Positions 16,320 through 31,352 of a stretch of DNA of 64,000 nt are shown here, piece by piece. The position numbers and the translations under genes are program-made. The stretch is from Flaccisagitta enflata (taxonomy: Eukaryota). The notes beneath the pieces were generated by a model. The model did no database searches, was not told the origin of the DNA, and was given only the letters and a program-made list of their open reading frames with translations. The number at the start of each line of letters is the position of its first letter. Position 1 is the stretch's first letter. The stretch lies in assembly GCA_965153355.1 (NCBI GenBank), contig OZ231126.1:45756001-45820000 (forward strand), given 5' to 3'.

Positions 16320-16949
16320 CATGTCGCTTCAATTTGCTGAGATTGACGGTTACGGTGCCACGAAACGTAAATGACGCAAATGGCACAGTTCCGGTTTTTT
16401 CTCAATTTTCTTTTTTGTTTTATTCCTCCATTTTTAATCAAAATTCAGGGTTTCATAACCCCTAGCTTCAACAGGATACGATCACTCGAGGCCTAATTCT
16501 GCTACAACGCCACCCCTTCTTTCACTTCACTTGCATTACTACTGCAATGGTTTTCCCTTGTTAGTAACCGCCCCCTTCCAATTTGTTGAACCTTAATGCA
16601 TTTTCTACCTCATGTCTAACCCCTATTTGCTCGCCTTCTTCCTTCTTCCTTCTTCCTTCTTCCTCCACGCCTTCCCCCAACTTCTTTCATCTTGACGATT
16701 CCGTTGGTTTTGGCTGCCCTTAGCTTCGTCGAGTGGCGTTGGGTTATTTTAGGTGGTCAGTTGGCTGCGGCGGAGGCGGCGGCAGCGGTGGCGGTGGAAG
16801 CGGCAGCAGCGACGATGGTAGCGGCAGAGGCGGCAGCGGTAAGAGCGGCGTTAAAAGGCTTTCTGCACCTTTCTCTCTCGTCTTTTTCCGGTGGCCACTC
16901 TATCAAACCTTTCACTTCTCCCGGCTCCATTCAATGGTCCAGCGACGAG

Positions 16950-17056
<107 letters not shown>

Positions 17057-18588
17057 CACTCAAAAAAACTCGGCACACTGACTCTCCTTCCTTTGAAGAG
17101 ATTGAATATGGGATGGAAATAAAAAACCGTCCTTCCCCTTCCCGGCAGGTACTGGGGTTAGTGGAACAAACAACTGTCATTGTACTTTGTAAGAGAGATT
17201 ATATTTTGCAATTTGCGGAAATGAATGTAAGAAATACAATACAATACAATACAAGAAAATTAAGCTAGGTTACCTTATTTTTCTTCGAGCGGCAATAAAA
17301 TCATCGAACTTTCAATACAGACTGTGGAAACAAAACTTTTAAAGGTGACTATTCTTCTAAGACTAAGCGACCCTTTAATGCTTTTTGGTCATGTTTACAG
17401 TTCATGTTCACATTACAATCTCAAACAGGCAAAAAAAACTTTTCCGACCTTGAACATTTTCATGGCGTGCTCGAACAGGGAAATAGAAATTCGCGTGAGT
17501 GAATTTCGTCGATAACGAAGGTTGTTCGAGTTTTTGTTTTGTATTATTCGCATCTCGGATCTTTTGTTTGTTTGATGTGTTGGGGTTTTCTTGTATTTAT
17601 TTCCCGCCTCCTCGCGTAAAAGTATTTTCCTGCGTTTATTTTTTTTTCTTTTTTTTTTTTTTTTTTTTTTTGTTTCTTCTTTGTTTTTCCTGATATTTTT
17701 CACCTGGCGGAAACGAAAAGGAGAAAATCAAAACGCATTTGTATCGATTTTTTTAGCCGGAAGAAAAGAAAAATCAAAAGCCCAGAATTTCTTGTTATCA
17801 GAACAGAAAAATGAAAAAAAAAGGGGATAAAGAAGAAAGAGAGAGAGAGAGAGTAAAACGTGAAATGAAATAAAAAAATAGCCACGTAAAAACAAGAAAC
17901 ACCTTGACTTTGGAACGAGCCTTTACCGGCCTTTGTTTTTAAACTTTCTTCTTTCTCCATAATTTTTTCCCTCCTTTTTGGATGAATTTTTGTGATGTTT
18001 TGAAAGACTCAAAAAAACGCTGGGAGGTAGAAAATAAAACAACCCATTTTTTTTTCTTCTCTCACCTCAATTTTTTTTTATCTCTCTCTCTCCGTTTTAC
18101 TTTCATCGATGAACATTCAGAAACCTGCTAAAGGAGAGAGAAAAAAATACAAGAAGAATGTCTGCACGAGGAATGGGGAAAATGGCCTTGCCCACAGCAA
18201 GATATGGTAAAAATATTTTGTGATAATATGTGTTCATATTTTTACAAAAAGAATTTTTTTCATATTCTGAAAACTTTTTTCTTTTCATATGTGATTTATC
18301 CACACGCAGAAACATTCTAGTCGTCAATGAAATGAGACGGATGACTCTTATACTTAATGATCTGATCTAAGTGCGTTTTGAGCAGGTAGAAAACTCAGAT
18401 ATCGGTTTTCCGCGTTTAACAACTCAAACTTTTTTTTCTCTCTTTCTCTCTGTCATTTTCTGCTTCATGTCAGAGTTTTCTATTGAGGAACTCACTCTTC
18501 TATCTTCTTTCTGTTCAAATCGATATAAAAACTCGATACTTTCCACCTGTGACGATCTTGTTTTCTCTTTTCTCTCTACTCTTTCCCC

Positions 18589-18888
<300 letters not shown>

Positions 18889-19264
18889 GTTTCTTGCTCA
18901 TTTGACATAGAAAAAAGCTTTCCAATTTTTCTTCCCCCCCCCCTCTTTTCTCATTCTCTCTCCCCAAGTAAGAGCTTTCCTGTTGAGACCCAAAAGAAAG
19001 AAATATGAAAACTAGAGAGGAAGGTGGCAAGATCATTTTTCTATTTCATGTGTCTGATGAAAGAAAATATCTCTAAAGGTGTAAATTTAGTGGTTACGAC
19101 GCGCTTCAAATAGTTTTTTTTTTTCTTCATTATTTTTGCCCATTAACACCAGAAACAAGAAATGTCTGTTATGGATAAAAAAAAACACAATGTTAGTGTC
19201 TGTAATGGAACATCTTTTTCAGCTTTTTATTTTCATGACAGTTTTTCATCCTGTTCGCTAAAGT

Positions 19265-19405
<141 letters not shown>

Positions 19406-19671
19406 CACTAACGCACACTCACATACACAAACCTGCATACAGAAAAACGCATTTACGCGTAATGAGGCACTCCTTCGTTCAAAGTAACGACAGTTTCTTG
19501 CTCTTTTTCGAAATCGCAAACTTCCTCCAGAGGCACCACCAGAATTAAATGATCATAAATTCGTCTTTATTTCGATTCACCACGTTTTTGCCAAGGGTTC
19601 TGTTTGCTGGTTACCTCGCCTAAATGTTTCCTTCACTTAGAGTGAAACACCGTCGGCTCAGAGCGAGAAAG

Positions 19672-19714
<43 letters not shown>

Positions 19715-19860
19715 GTTGACTTTTTCCCCCTGTTCCTAAAATATATTTTATGTCTAGCATGAGTCCCCACCCTCATGTAATCAGAGGAATAGAACGTGAG
19801 GGAAGTAGTGCCTTGAGGTGTTGCAGATCGACAGGGAAAAGGAGAGAGAGAGTGAGATAG

Positions 19861-19904
<44 letters not shown>

Positions 19905-19961
19905 GCGTCGAAAGGAAGTGTTAAATCAGGCGAAGGTTCTGAGGTATTTTCACCTCGTTAG

Positions 19962-20052
<91 letters not shown>

Positions 20053-21012
20053 TCAGGTGATTGGTGGTCACGTGAGTGAAAAAATGGGGCGTCAGAAGAG
20101 AGAAAAGGAGCTGTTAGGAAGGGGAGGAAGGGGGGGAGAGGCGAGACGTTAAGTTAGAATGGAACACCACTGTTTGTTCGTTTGTTCGTCTCTTTGTTCA
20201 TCTTTTCGTCGAATCATACGTTTTACCATCCAACATGTGAACAAACATCTCGCATTTACTTTGGTACAGGTGGTCTGAAGGCATGATTTATTCTCACCGA
20301 AAGGCGCCTCGTAGAGCTACTCCATTTATTTCGGGTCTCCAAATCTTTTCTTCTATTTTTTACCAATTTCTCTCACTTGTAACCCGTTTTAGGATAATAA
20401 GCGTCGCAATTATCTTCGATATGAACAAAACTTTCTGACACTTTTGAGGTCGAAACACGAAAAAATGTGAAATTTGTAGCTATACAAAGGTCTTTCTTTA
20501 CATTTCTAGAAAGATTGTAAAAACTGATAAGTTTTGAGGGGAAAAAAGATAGAGTACAATTTGTTTGCTTTCTTTTCCAATCACGTTGCTTTTTTCGTGT
20601 GAAAAATTGATTAAAACTACTGAGCATCTTTTGAAAAGTATCACAAAGAGAATTAAGGTTTGCTGCCGAGCAAATGTTCCTTAATTCATGGTTCCACATT
20701 TAGTGCATGTAAATTTTGTTTTTTTTTTTTTTTTGTCTTTTCTTGTGAAGGATATTCATGAAAAATCTGTGAAATAGACATGAGAAATAGGAGTTTTAGT
20801 ATCATTTTTTTTTAAATTCCACTTTAGGAAAAATGTTTCTTGAAAAAAAAAATGATGTTGTCGAAATTCGAATTCGTGGTAGTGGGTGATTAAGTTGCCT
20901 AAATCCAAGTTTGAGTTTGTCAGTCCCTCTGATTATTTTGTTCGATTCACGCACACACAGATATCCTTTGAGGGAGGAATTAACTTGTCTTGTATTCTTT
21001 AGACCTTTCCGC

Positions 21013-21121
<109 letters not shown>

Positions 21122-22064
21122 CTCCCATCAACACATCGAAGGTATTTCATTTTTCACTCTCGCTTTGCTTTGTGCCGACGGCGAAGGTGGTCCAAAAAAA
21201 AGGGGGGGGACCCAAACCTGTGAAAAGATGGGGACATGGAGAGTGAAAATGGAAGGGAACGTGGAGAAGTTGAATATGGGTATGTGGATGTAAGATGACG
21301 GGAGCACAATGAGAAAACGGATTTCTAAATTGGACAGAAAAGGGAAACTGGAGAGACACGAATATGGAAATATGTAAAACGGAACGGGGTGGTGAATAAG
21401 AAAGGCAGGACGAACAAATGGAAAAGGGGGGGGGGGGGGGGGTTCTTGAGGTGTAAGCCTTATTCTGAAAGGTGAACAAGAGATGGACCATAAGACAATA
21501 GGTAAGAAGTTGAGAATGTGAACGAGGATATCCATGAGGAAGTGAACAATCACTGAATCAGACACACGTGGAGTCCAACGAGGAGGTGAACAGGAAAGAG
21601 ACAGGCAGCGAACAAGACCATGAACGATGAGATTGCTTTGAAGGTGGGAAGTTGAACCTCGAACGAATTCGTCGTTTGATGGGCTAACGACTGAACAAAC
21701 GCAGAGAGGTGGACCCACTTTGAAGCGCGCTCCACCTTTTCCGCTGTTGCCTTCAGTTGCAGGTTTGGCCGAAGGTTAATGGATCGAAAGAAGACCAAAA
21801 AACAAATTAAAGAGAGGGGGAGATAGGGCAAAGGGGGAGGGGGGGGGAAGGTGGGTTTAGGGTGAAGGATAAAACGGGTGGTGGTGGAAAAGGGAGATGG
21901 GAAAGTTGGGGAAAATGCGGGTAGTAGTGGGGGAAGGGCAAAGCCGCAAACGGGGAAAGGGGGGCTAGGGGAAGAATGTGAGGTCATGAGGAAGGTACGA
22001 AATCTAGATCTCATAAAGGCGATGATGAGAGGAACGGGAATAGGGTGAAATGGTGGGAATAAAG

Positions 22065-22371
22065 CAGGGGTGTATATAATTGAGCGGCTTTTGATTTTAT
22101 TCCCCCCCCCTGCCTTTGATTTTCTTCCCTGCAATGCGTTGCGTCGCGTTACAAAAAATATGATTTTCTTCCCCACAAAGCAATAAAACAGTATATTATA
22201 GGTTTTAATAGCGTTAAAATGTGTTGTAGTGATCAGATGCTACTATTTGGAACTATCAAAAGTATTAAATCTTTTAAAGAATTATTTTTTCTTCTTTTTT
22301 AGCTTTTGATTTTTTTCCCCATCTCCAAACCCTTTGATTTTATTCCCCCAACAATACAATATACACGCCTG
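22065..22371. mobile_element. hAT-type MITE (307 bp) with 8-bp TSD (GAATAAAG)
   Basis: TIRs are CAGGGGTGTATAT and ATATACACGCCTG. GAATAAAG lies at 22057-22064 and 22372-22379. The motif TGATTTTMTTCCC(C) is repeated about 5 times internally. Confidence 0.88.
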
Positions 22372-22714
22372 GAATAAAGTGAATGATGGAGATAGAGGAA
22401 AGGAGCATTTGGAGAAATAAAAGTGAGGTAGAGGAGTTCTAAATTGTACAATGGCCGTGCGGGAAAAAAAAGATAACGGGAGTTTAGTGGAACATACGGG
22501 CCTTGAAATGGCCTTTTATGTAGTGCGGTGTTGCGGTGAAAATGATTTGTTAATGGTCATTGAAGCACCTTGGATAAGTGAGGTCATGATTGCGCTGAGA
22601 TTTGAGGTGATGTTAGGATAAACGATTAGATAGAATGATGATACCCGATGATGATGATGATCAGGAAAGAAATGTCTGAATCGCACTTTACCCTTTACCT
22701 GTGCAACCCTTTCC

Positions 22715-22925
22715 TTCATTCATTCATTTATTCATTCATTCATTCATTCATTCATTCATTCATTCATTCATTCATTCATTCATTCATTCATTCATTCGTT
22801 CGTTCATCTATTCATCCATTCATTCATTCATTCATTCATTCATTCATTCATTCATTCATTCATTCATTCATTCATTCATTCATTCATTCATTCATTCATT
22901 CTTTCATTCTTTCATTCATTTATTC
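22715..22925 (+). repeat. (ATTC)n microsatellite
   Basis: Tetranucleotide array with few interruptions. Confidence 0.97.
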
Positions 22926-23581
22926 GTGAACGTTAGAATTGATTCGGACATAACTTTATCTAATATTTCGTTTTTCTCCTCACCCCCTCTTATTCTCTTT
23001 CCTTTTTTTTCTTTCCCAAAACAAACCTGCCTTCACCGATCACCTCAACAGGTAAGTGGAGTTTCTAATGTAAATCTCTTGAGCTTGATGATTGTCAATG
23101 AACAAATATCTAAATAGGACAAACAAACCGTAAATCGGAAGAGATCAATTTCATTTCGGCAAACAAATTCAGTTTCCGCCGATTGTTCATTCCCCCCCCC
23201 CCTTAAAAAAAGCCTCTTTCTCTCTCTCTCTTTCTTGGTACAACAAGAGTTGTTCTAATTTCGACCACCTTTTTAAGCCAACAGAAAACAAAATTAGGGA
23301 ACCCAACAGTTTCCGGGGAAGGAAAAGAAACTGTAAAGAGAGGGTGAGGAAAAGAAAGAGGAAGAGGAAGAGGCAGAGGAAGAGGCGGAGACGAACAAGG
23401 AGAGTAAAGAGAAGGAAGTTGAAGTTGTAGGCGGGGATGAAAATAAAAAGGAGTTAAGAGGGGAAGTGAGAAAATTCCTCGAAAGGCCCTTAATTTGTCC
23501 CACCTTTTTCTCTGTCTCTCACCTTCGGTGCTTCTTTTGCCATGGATGGCGATGCCAAGAGAAATGTTTGCTTAGAGAGAG

Positions 23582-23837
<256 letters not shown>

Positions 23838-24185
23838 GTTCTTGTCCATGACATCGCCCCCTCTCCGCCCTCCCCATGCCGTCGTCGCCGCCTCTTCGTC
23901 TCTAAGGTTTTTCCCGAGAGGTTTGCCATTGGTAATTTTTTTTTTTTTTTTTTTTTTTGCTGTTTCGAGCCCAAACCTGCAATGGCACCCACAATCTATC
24001 TCAAATGTAACATCCGAGACCATTTGTTCTCTTACTGGTCGTTGTTACGGCATTTAACCCCCTTATTCACCCAAGTACAACACCTCACCGTCTTCTCAGT
24101 ATTTCGCCATTGCTGCACCTTTGCTTCACGTTCATACTCTTGGCTATAACGCCTCAACGGCTCTAAACATGTGCAAAAATGCGAA

Positions 24186-24234
<49 letters not shown>

Positions 24235-24443
24235 CCGGTGAAATTTCCCGCGCATTCATTGTGGTTAGCCTTTTTTTTTAGAATGGATTCAGAATCGTTG
24301 AAATTGGTCAGTTTGAATAAGAAATATTTAGTTAGCATCGAATTATTCTTCATACCCCAGAGAAGCCGGTGTTTCATCCCTTCGTCCAATTGTTGAAACC
24401 TTACTCGAAAATGGGAAAACGTTTTCCTTCAATTAATTTTCCG

Positions 24444-24564
<121 letters not shown>

Positions 24565-25147
24565 TCTCCACGGTTCGCCGGTCTTTCCTCCATTTTTCCA
24601 TTAATTTATTGAATCTTGTTTGTTTTTCTTATTACCACACCTTCGAGACGAGAGAGAAAGAGAAAGAGGAAGAGATGGAGTTTCGAGCTCCTGCTACCGG
24701 TAGAGACGCATCGGTGGCTGCAAAGGTGACGGCAGTGGTTGTGGTGATTTTGGTGGTGGTGTTTGTTAAGGTTGTGGTAGGTTAGTGGAAGGGAAATGCA
24801 GTGAGGCAGCGTTGACATTTGCGGAACAGGAAGTGGTTGTTCTGAATGTGGTTGAAGCGGCGGTATTTGTTGTGAGGGACGTTTCAGGTGAGGAGGCGAA
24901 GAAGGGATGGAAGGTAGGAAGTTGAGGTGTTTGCGGAGACGGTGACGCTGAGAATTAATTTATTTGTCAAATCTCTCTTCTCTTGGCGCGCACACGATGA
25001 TTCACACGCGTACACGCAGACACACACGCTTTGCGCACGCGTCTACTTCTGCTTGTCACGTCCGCGCGCAAGCGCACGTTTGCGCGCACGCCAAGCCACG
25101 AGAGATCCGCTCAGAGTGTCACCTGTGAATATTGCTATTCCTGCGAG

Positions 25148-25198
<51 letters not shown>

Positions 25199-25642
25199 AA
25201 TAAACAAACAACGTCACCTCCATGTTTGTCCTTGTGGTAGGTTCCAAGTTTCGCGCAATTTTCTTTCTTATTCCTTTTTTTTTTCTTCTTTCTTCTCTTC
25301 TTCCCTGTATTTTTCTCTGGTCCTCCATCTTTTCTTTTTTTTATGTATTTTTCTTTTGTTCCTCTATTTTGTCCTTGCCTTTATTTGCTGACGTTTACAC
25401 TTCTGTCACCTGGTGGCCTCTCGGGAAGGCGTGGCAATATATTCCCGTGGTACCTGAATAAAACGGACAAAATTTTTTTACGTCGTCTAACTTTATCCTG
25501 CCCTTTTGTTTCGTTTTCAAAGTTTCCCTTCTCGAAAATTTCGTATTTTGTCGTTTTGTTTAGCAAACAGTTTTTACCTTGTCCATTGTAAGCCTTTCTC
25601 ACTTTTTGTAGACGCTTTTCATAGGTGCGTAACACCATTTAT

Positions 25643-25796
25643 AAAAACAAGGCCGGATACACGGCAAGCCAGTCGCGGACGGTTTGGCAGGAGCAGTAAT
25701 GCGAAAACTGCTCGCAATTCAAAAATGTTACGGACCGACGGACCGACGGACCGACCGACACGGCAAGGTGTAGAGTCGCGTGTCCACGACTAAAAA
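25643..25796 (-). mobile_element. Short DINE-1/HINE-like element (same subfamily as 8451)
   Basis: The reverse complement closely matches 8451-8632: AAAAACAAGGCCGGATACACGGC...TAGAGTCGCGTGTCCACGACTAAAAA. Confidence 0.82.
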
Positions 25797-26326
25797 CGAA
25801 ACATTTTCCTTGTCCAAATAGCCTTCGTTACAACTTGTTTTTCCAAAACAAGACCTATCTGAAAACAGGCATACCTTTATCCCAGCCTTTGTTTTTTCCT
25901 CGTCTCTCCTTTCTCTCTTTCTCATTTTGCTGTTTCTTTTCTCATGCGCGTTCATATTTTAAGTAGAAACACGTTTCTGCCTTCTCACCGTCGTTGCTTC
26001 CGCTTCCGCTTCCGCTTTCCGCATTGCGTGCCAAGACGTAAGGTGACGCAGAAAGGACAGACCAAAAGATAGTCTGAGATAGACAAAATAATAGATATCG
26101 CAAGTTGTCGAAAGGAAAACAAACCAAAAAAAAGGTATGGAGTTGTGAAAAAGACCGAAACCAAGAAATGACAAAAAACTAAAGTAATTTAATGATAGTC
26201 AATAGGCCTCAAATAACAAGGTGATAAAGGAAGGACAGACCAAAAGATAGTTGGAGATAGTGAAAAATATAGAAATCGTATTTTATCGCGCGGTTCGTGT
26301 TTGTTTTGACCTGCAGAATGGAAGAG

Positions 26327-26367
<41 letters not shown>

Positions 26368-27086
26368 GAAATATTTCACCGGTGAAGTATAGATATATGT
26401 GTTGGCATGCAAATTGCCGGTATATTCCGTAGGTAACAAATACGGAGGTGACCTCTCGATCACTCACTCACATCAAAACACGCCCAAGCAAAGGGAAGGA
26501 ATATGAGAGTCGGTTTCTGGCTTTTGCCCGGCCCCCCGCAGCATGTAGATCACCCCACAATTAAAGTCAATCATTCGGTTGGGGCATTGGTTCTGATTTT
26601 CCTGTGTTCCAAATCAAATTTCTTGGGTTTCATAGTTTCTTTGAAATGTCCTTATTTTCATGTGCTAAGTTTGGATCATCTTCCCTCCTCATTTCTTAGT
26701 CATTGAATCATTGACGCTGACTCCCATTCCTTTCCGACTTCCCATGTCTCAATCAACTCATAAACCCCAACTCTTTGACTATCACGTCTGACCTTTCTTT
26801 CCTCCACCCTCTTTATTTGCCTCCCCCCCCCCTCCTCCACCCTCTTTATTCACCCCCTCCTCCTAGCTCCTCCCCCGGTTTGGTAGAGATCTTTCTTGGT
26901 TGGCCCAGGTTTTTCCTCCACGAATTGCCATTTCTGGCGGTTTGCCTTCAGTCGGTTTGAAATCCGGCGATTTGTATGTGGGCCTCACGATTCTATTGCT
27001 TCAACCTGTCACTGCATTGAGACACAGATTGTTTATTTGTCACATTCGTGAGAACGACGAAGACGACGAAGATGATGACTGAGATC

Positions 27087-27310
27087 AGACGACAACGAAG
27101 GTAACTGCGAAAGACGATGGAGACGTTTATTTTGCACATGAAGACAGAAATGACGACAAAGACAATAACATCATGACCAAGACGCCCGGTGCAGACATGA
27201 GACGACAACGAAGGTAACTGCGAAAGACGATGGAGACGTTTATTTTGCACATGAAGATAGAAATGACGACAGAGACAATAACATCATGACCAAGACGCTC
27301 GGTGCAGACA
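27087..27310 (+). repeat. 113-bp tandem duplication (2 copies, few substitutions)
   Basis: AGACGACAACGAAGGTAACTGCGAAAGACGATGG...CGGTGCAGACA starts at 27087 and at 27200. Confidence 0.92.
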
Positions 27311-27535
27311 ACCTAGACCAAGATTACTAACAACGGTGACGACGAAGAGGACGACGATGATAACATGCGACGACAGACGGAACCGACAGCCATCTGTGGC
27401 AACGGTAAGCTACGTGTACAACCAAAAGCACAACAAGGAAGCCAGGTCCTTTTTTCCCCCTGAATGTGACGTTGAGGGTGACGTAAACGTTTCAGAGAAA
27501 AAGAGAAAGAGACGGTAACACGACGGTAAGCAAGT

Positions 27536-27582
<47 letters not shown>

Positions 27583-28244
27583 TGCGGTGGACGTGAACAC
27601 CACTTTTTCTGTCTCTGTCTCTTTCACTCTTTTTTCCTGGAAGATGACACAGATTGTGAACGTACGTGCCGTGCGTCACTGCTGCTTGTACTCTACGTCG
27701 TGATCCTCTACCCAACTACCCGTTAACTCGTCTTCAACCCATTCCTTTGCTACACCTTTCACTTACCTCACCTCCTTCGCGTTCCCTCTATATCAATTTA
27801 CTTTTCAATTTCTGTCCATTCGTTTCGCAATTGCTTTTCATATTCTTACACAACCCTGTCTGCTGTCTGCGTTTTCCGGCTTTTTCTCAATACTACTCAG
27901 CAAAACTTGAATGAGAAACGGTAAATACCGCTTATTGTCGACAGTTCTCTTACTCTCACCATCAGCCAAGTGGTCAAGTACTTCCTGTCGCTTTCCTTCG
28001 GTTCTTTTCCATCGAATCCTCAGTTCTCTACGAGCTCTTTACCTTTGTTGTTACTCTGCCTGCTACCTCCTTGATTCTTCACTCTTCCTTTCTATTGCTA
28101 TTTTCCCTTCTTTTCTCTCTCTTTTTCTTCCATCCTCGTCTTTTCTCATCAAGGCTTGAAGAGCCTCTTGAGCGCGGCTACAGGCAAAGACAAAAGCCAA
28201 AAACATGCCATTGCCGATGTTGATGTGGTTTTTGCTGATCTTCT

Positions 28245-28388
<144 letters not shown>

Positions 28389-28647
28389 CCGTAATTTCAC
28401 AGAGGCTGTATCTTGCTGATGTCGTAGCTTTTGTTGCTTCGGCTGCTGTTATGTCGCTGTCGTTTTTGTCGTTGTTTTTGTTGTCGTTTTCGTGTTTGTT
28501 GTTGTTGCCGAACCTTTTCTGCTGCGATTCACCAAAAACACGTTAAAGGTGCGCCTCTCCTTTTATGCTCATCTTTCTGCGTGGAAAATTCAATTGTTTT
28601 CGTTGAGCCGACCGTGGCAAAGTTTTATGTTTTCGGTTTAAAAGAAA

Positions 28648-28696
<49 letters not shown>

Positions 28697-29317
28697 ACAG
28701 AGGAAGAGAAAAGAGACAAGACGAGGGAAGAGAGAATTTAGAGCTTTTTCATAAAAAATGAGTTTGAGCGCATCTAAAGAAGAAAAAAAAACATTCTTGA
28801 AAGAAGAAACTAAGAATTATCGTATTTTCCTACTCATCTCCCGGTAAAAGAACGTAAAGATGTTTATTCTATACAAAAAAAATGGAAAAAAAAGTTTGAG
28901 CAAAGGTGCGCGCGTTGGAAAACTCATTTCATTTCTAATTATCGAGTTTCTCCGTTTTTTCCTGCAATTCTCTAATCTGTTTGCAACTTCTGTCAATTTA
29001 AATCATCTCTCGCAAAAGTGAACATCTGTTCGGAAAAAGTCAACGCGGGAGTCACTCTGCCACTTGATTCTTTAATTTGATCGCAATCTTGTAACAATCA
29101 TTGCTAATTCAAGACTGTTACAATCGACTCTCATTTTCAGTCCTGAGTTTTAGGCACATTTCAACCTTGTCTTTATCTCTTCCCGCATCTTTTTTTTTCG
29201 GTCACGTGCTCACGGGGAATCGATGAGACCAACGACCGACCAATCCCTGTTCAGAGTTCACCTTCTCTGCCCCTCTTTTAACCACTTCCCCTATCTTACC
29301 CTCACATCTTCATACCC

Positions 29318-29447
29318 CCACACCCGCGCACCCCCGCGGACCCGCGCACCCGCGCACCCCCACACCCGCGCATCTGCGCACCCGCGGACCAGCGGACCCG
29401 CGCACCCCCACATCCTCACATCCGCGCACCCGCGCACCCACGCACCC
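29318..29447 (+). repeat. CpG-rich ~8-bp degenerate repeat (CACCCGCG)n
   Basis: Read directly. Confidence 0.75.
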
Positions 29448-29947
29448 CTCCCTACCCTCATCGCACACGCCCGTCTCTTTGCGTATCACACCTTCATCTC
29501 GTGCCTTTTTGCATGTCATTGTGCGTTGCACGTCCGCCCTCATTTCTTGTGATTTTGCTGTGACGTTCAATCTCCTCGTTTTGAAAGTACGAGTTCTTGA
29601 GTACAAAATCTTACTAAAATTTTGAAGGATTAAAGAAACACAAATCTGTTTTGTATTGTTCCTGTTTCTTCTATGGCTGATTCAGTTGCTGTTTTCAGTG
29701 TCTTTTTTGCTGTTGGTCTCGCTGAGATTCGTCCTGTTGCGGTTGTTGATGCTGCTGTTGATGCTGCTGCTTTCGTTACTATGAGTCACGTGCTGAATTC
29801 CGAGTCACTTTGGCGTTTTTCAGAGTCCTCGACTTGGTTTCACCTGAATGAGTTTACAGCAAGTTACGGCCCATGACGTGTGCAACTCAGATCCGAGAGC
29901 CCGAACGTCGTCCTGTGTGTGTATGCATGTGCGGATATGACAGAGAA

Positions 29948-29982
<35 letters not shown>

Positions 29983-30012
29983 AGCATTTTCTCCAATAGT
30001 TACGGTCAATGG

Positions 30013-30068
30013 TCATCATCGTCATCATCGTCATCATCATCATCGTCATCATCATCATCATTATCATC

Positions 30069-30116
<48 letters not shown>

Positions 30117-30117
30117 T

Positions 30118-30170
<53 letters not shown>

Positions 30171-30175
30171 TCATG
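30013..30175 (+). repeat. (ATC)n microsatellite
   Basis: Read directly. It lies just upstream of the hAT insertion. Confidence 0.96.
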
Positions 30176-30560
30176 ATCGATAGGTTGGTTCAGGGCGGCA
30201 GAGGGGGTTCAACCCTCTGAGAAAAGGGGGCCTAGGGCCCGGAGGGCCTGAGGTGGGAAAAAAAGTGAAAAAAAGAAAAAAAAAAAAAAAAGGAAAAAGG
30301 AAAAAGAGGAGAAATAAAAAAGAAAAAAAAAGAAAAAAAAATCAGATTAGATCATTTTTGGACTTAAGAAGTCAAGTGGAGGCCCCATTGAGATCAAATC
30401 AACATATTGATAAAGTCTCGAATACCGACCCTTTCAAAGATATAGTACATGATACCTTCAATTAAACCCATATTTCAGTTAAATATGGGCCCTTGTAAAG
30501 GTGACAAATAATTTCAAAGTGAAGTTATCATTATCCTATTTGAATGATTGAGGGTATCTT

Positions 30561-31065
30561 AAAATGAGAGCTGTATTTTTTTTCAATCAAAAAGGCTGAC
30601 TAATTCAGACCTCCTGTTCAGATTGGAAAAGAGGCATATTGATTTTGATTTGGTTTTTATTATTGATTTACTTAATCTTTTTTATGTACAGCCTATATTG
30701 GTTAAAAATTAGAGCCATATTTTTTCCAGTCAGAGAGGCTGACTAATTCATATCCCCCGTTCAGATTGGAAAGGAGGCACATTGATTTTGATTTAATAAT
30801 ATTGATGAACTTGGTCTTTTTTATGTACAGCCTGTATTGGTTAAAAATGAGAGCCATATTTTTTCCAATCAGAAGGGCTAATTCAGACCCCCCATTCAGA
30901 TTGGAAAAGTGGCACATTGATGGTGATTTTTTATTATAATGTATAACATTGTCATTATCTATTTCGCTCATGGTTAAAGATCAGTGCTAAATTTTATCAA
31001 GTCAGAAGGTCTAACAAATTTAGATCCCTTGCTCAGAAAAGATGAGAGGCACATTGATTTTGATT
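30561..31065 (+). repeat. ~140-bp diverged tandem repeat (about 3 copies plus a partial) inside the hAT element
   Basis: The unit AAAATGAGAGCC...CTAATTCAGACC...TTCAGATTGGAAAAGAGGCACATTGATTTTGAT recurs at ~30561, ~30704 and ~30843, with a partial copy near 31000-31065. Confidence 0.8.
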
Positions 31066-31169
31066 AGAGGGAAAAAAAAAACAAAAAAACAAAAAACCTC
31101 AGTAAAACACCAATACCAGGTTGCAGGTCCTGGAGGTAGAAGTTTGAGCACTGGAGTTATTTTCATGGG

Positions 31170-31352
31170 AACAAGGCCGGACACACAGCTACCCCAGTCG
31201 CGTGCGGGTGGGCAAGGGCTGTATTTGAGGTCACTTGATCATTTGGGCAGGAGCAGTGAGGAAAATACCTCAAAAACCTACAAAAAGTTAAGTGTGATGG
31301 ACAAATGGACCGACAAAGCGAGGTGTAGAGTTGCATAGCTTGCAACTAAAAA
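31170..31352 (-). mobile_element. Short DINE-1/HINE-like element nested in the hAT element
   Basis: AACAAGGCCGGACACACAGCTACCCCAGTCGCGTGCGGGTGGGCA...CATTTGGGCAGGAGCAGTGAGG...TAGAGTTGCATAGCTTGCAACTAAAAA is homologous to the reverse complement of 34529-34724. Confidence 0.78.

Noticed and set aside
16733-16850. GGC-rich Gly/Ala-coding-like tracts (also 39105-39210 and 50225-50325)
   Set aside because: These are degenerate trinucleotide repeats whose ORFs have no recognisable domain or splice context.
23040-23060. Consensus splice donor CAG|GTAAGT
   Set aside because: No matching acceptor or recognisable exon upstream, and such sites are expected by chance. A micro-exon cannot be excluded without RNA-seq.
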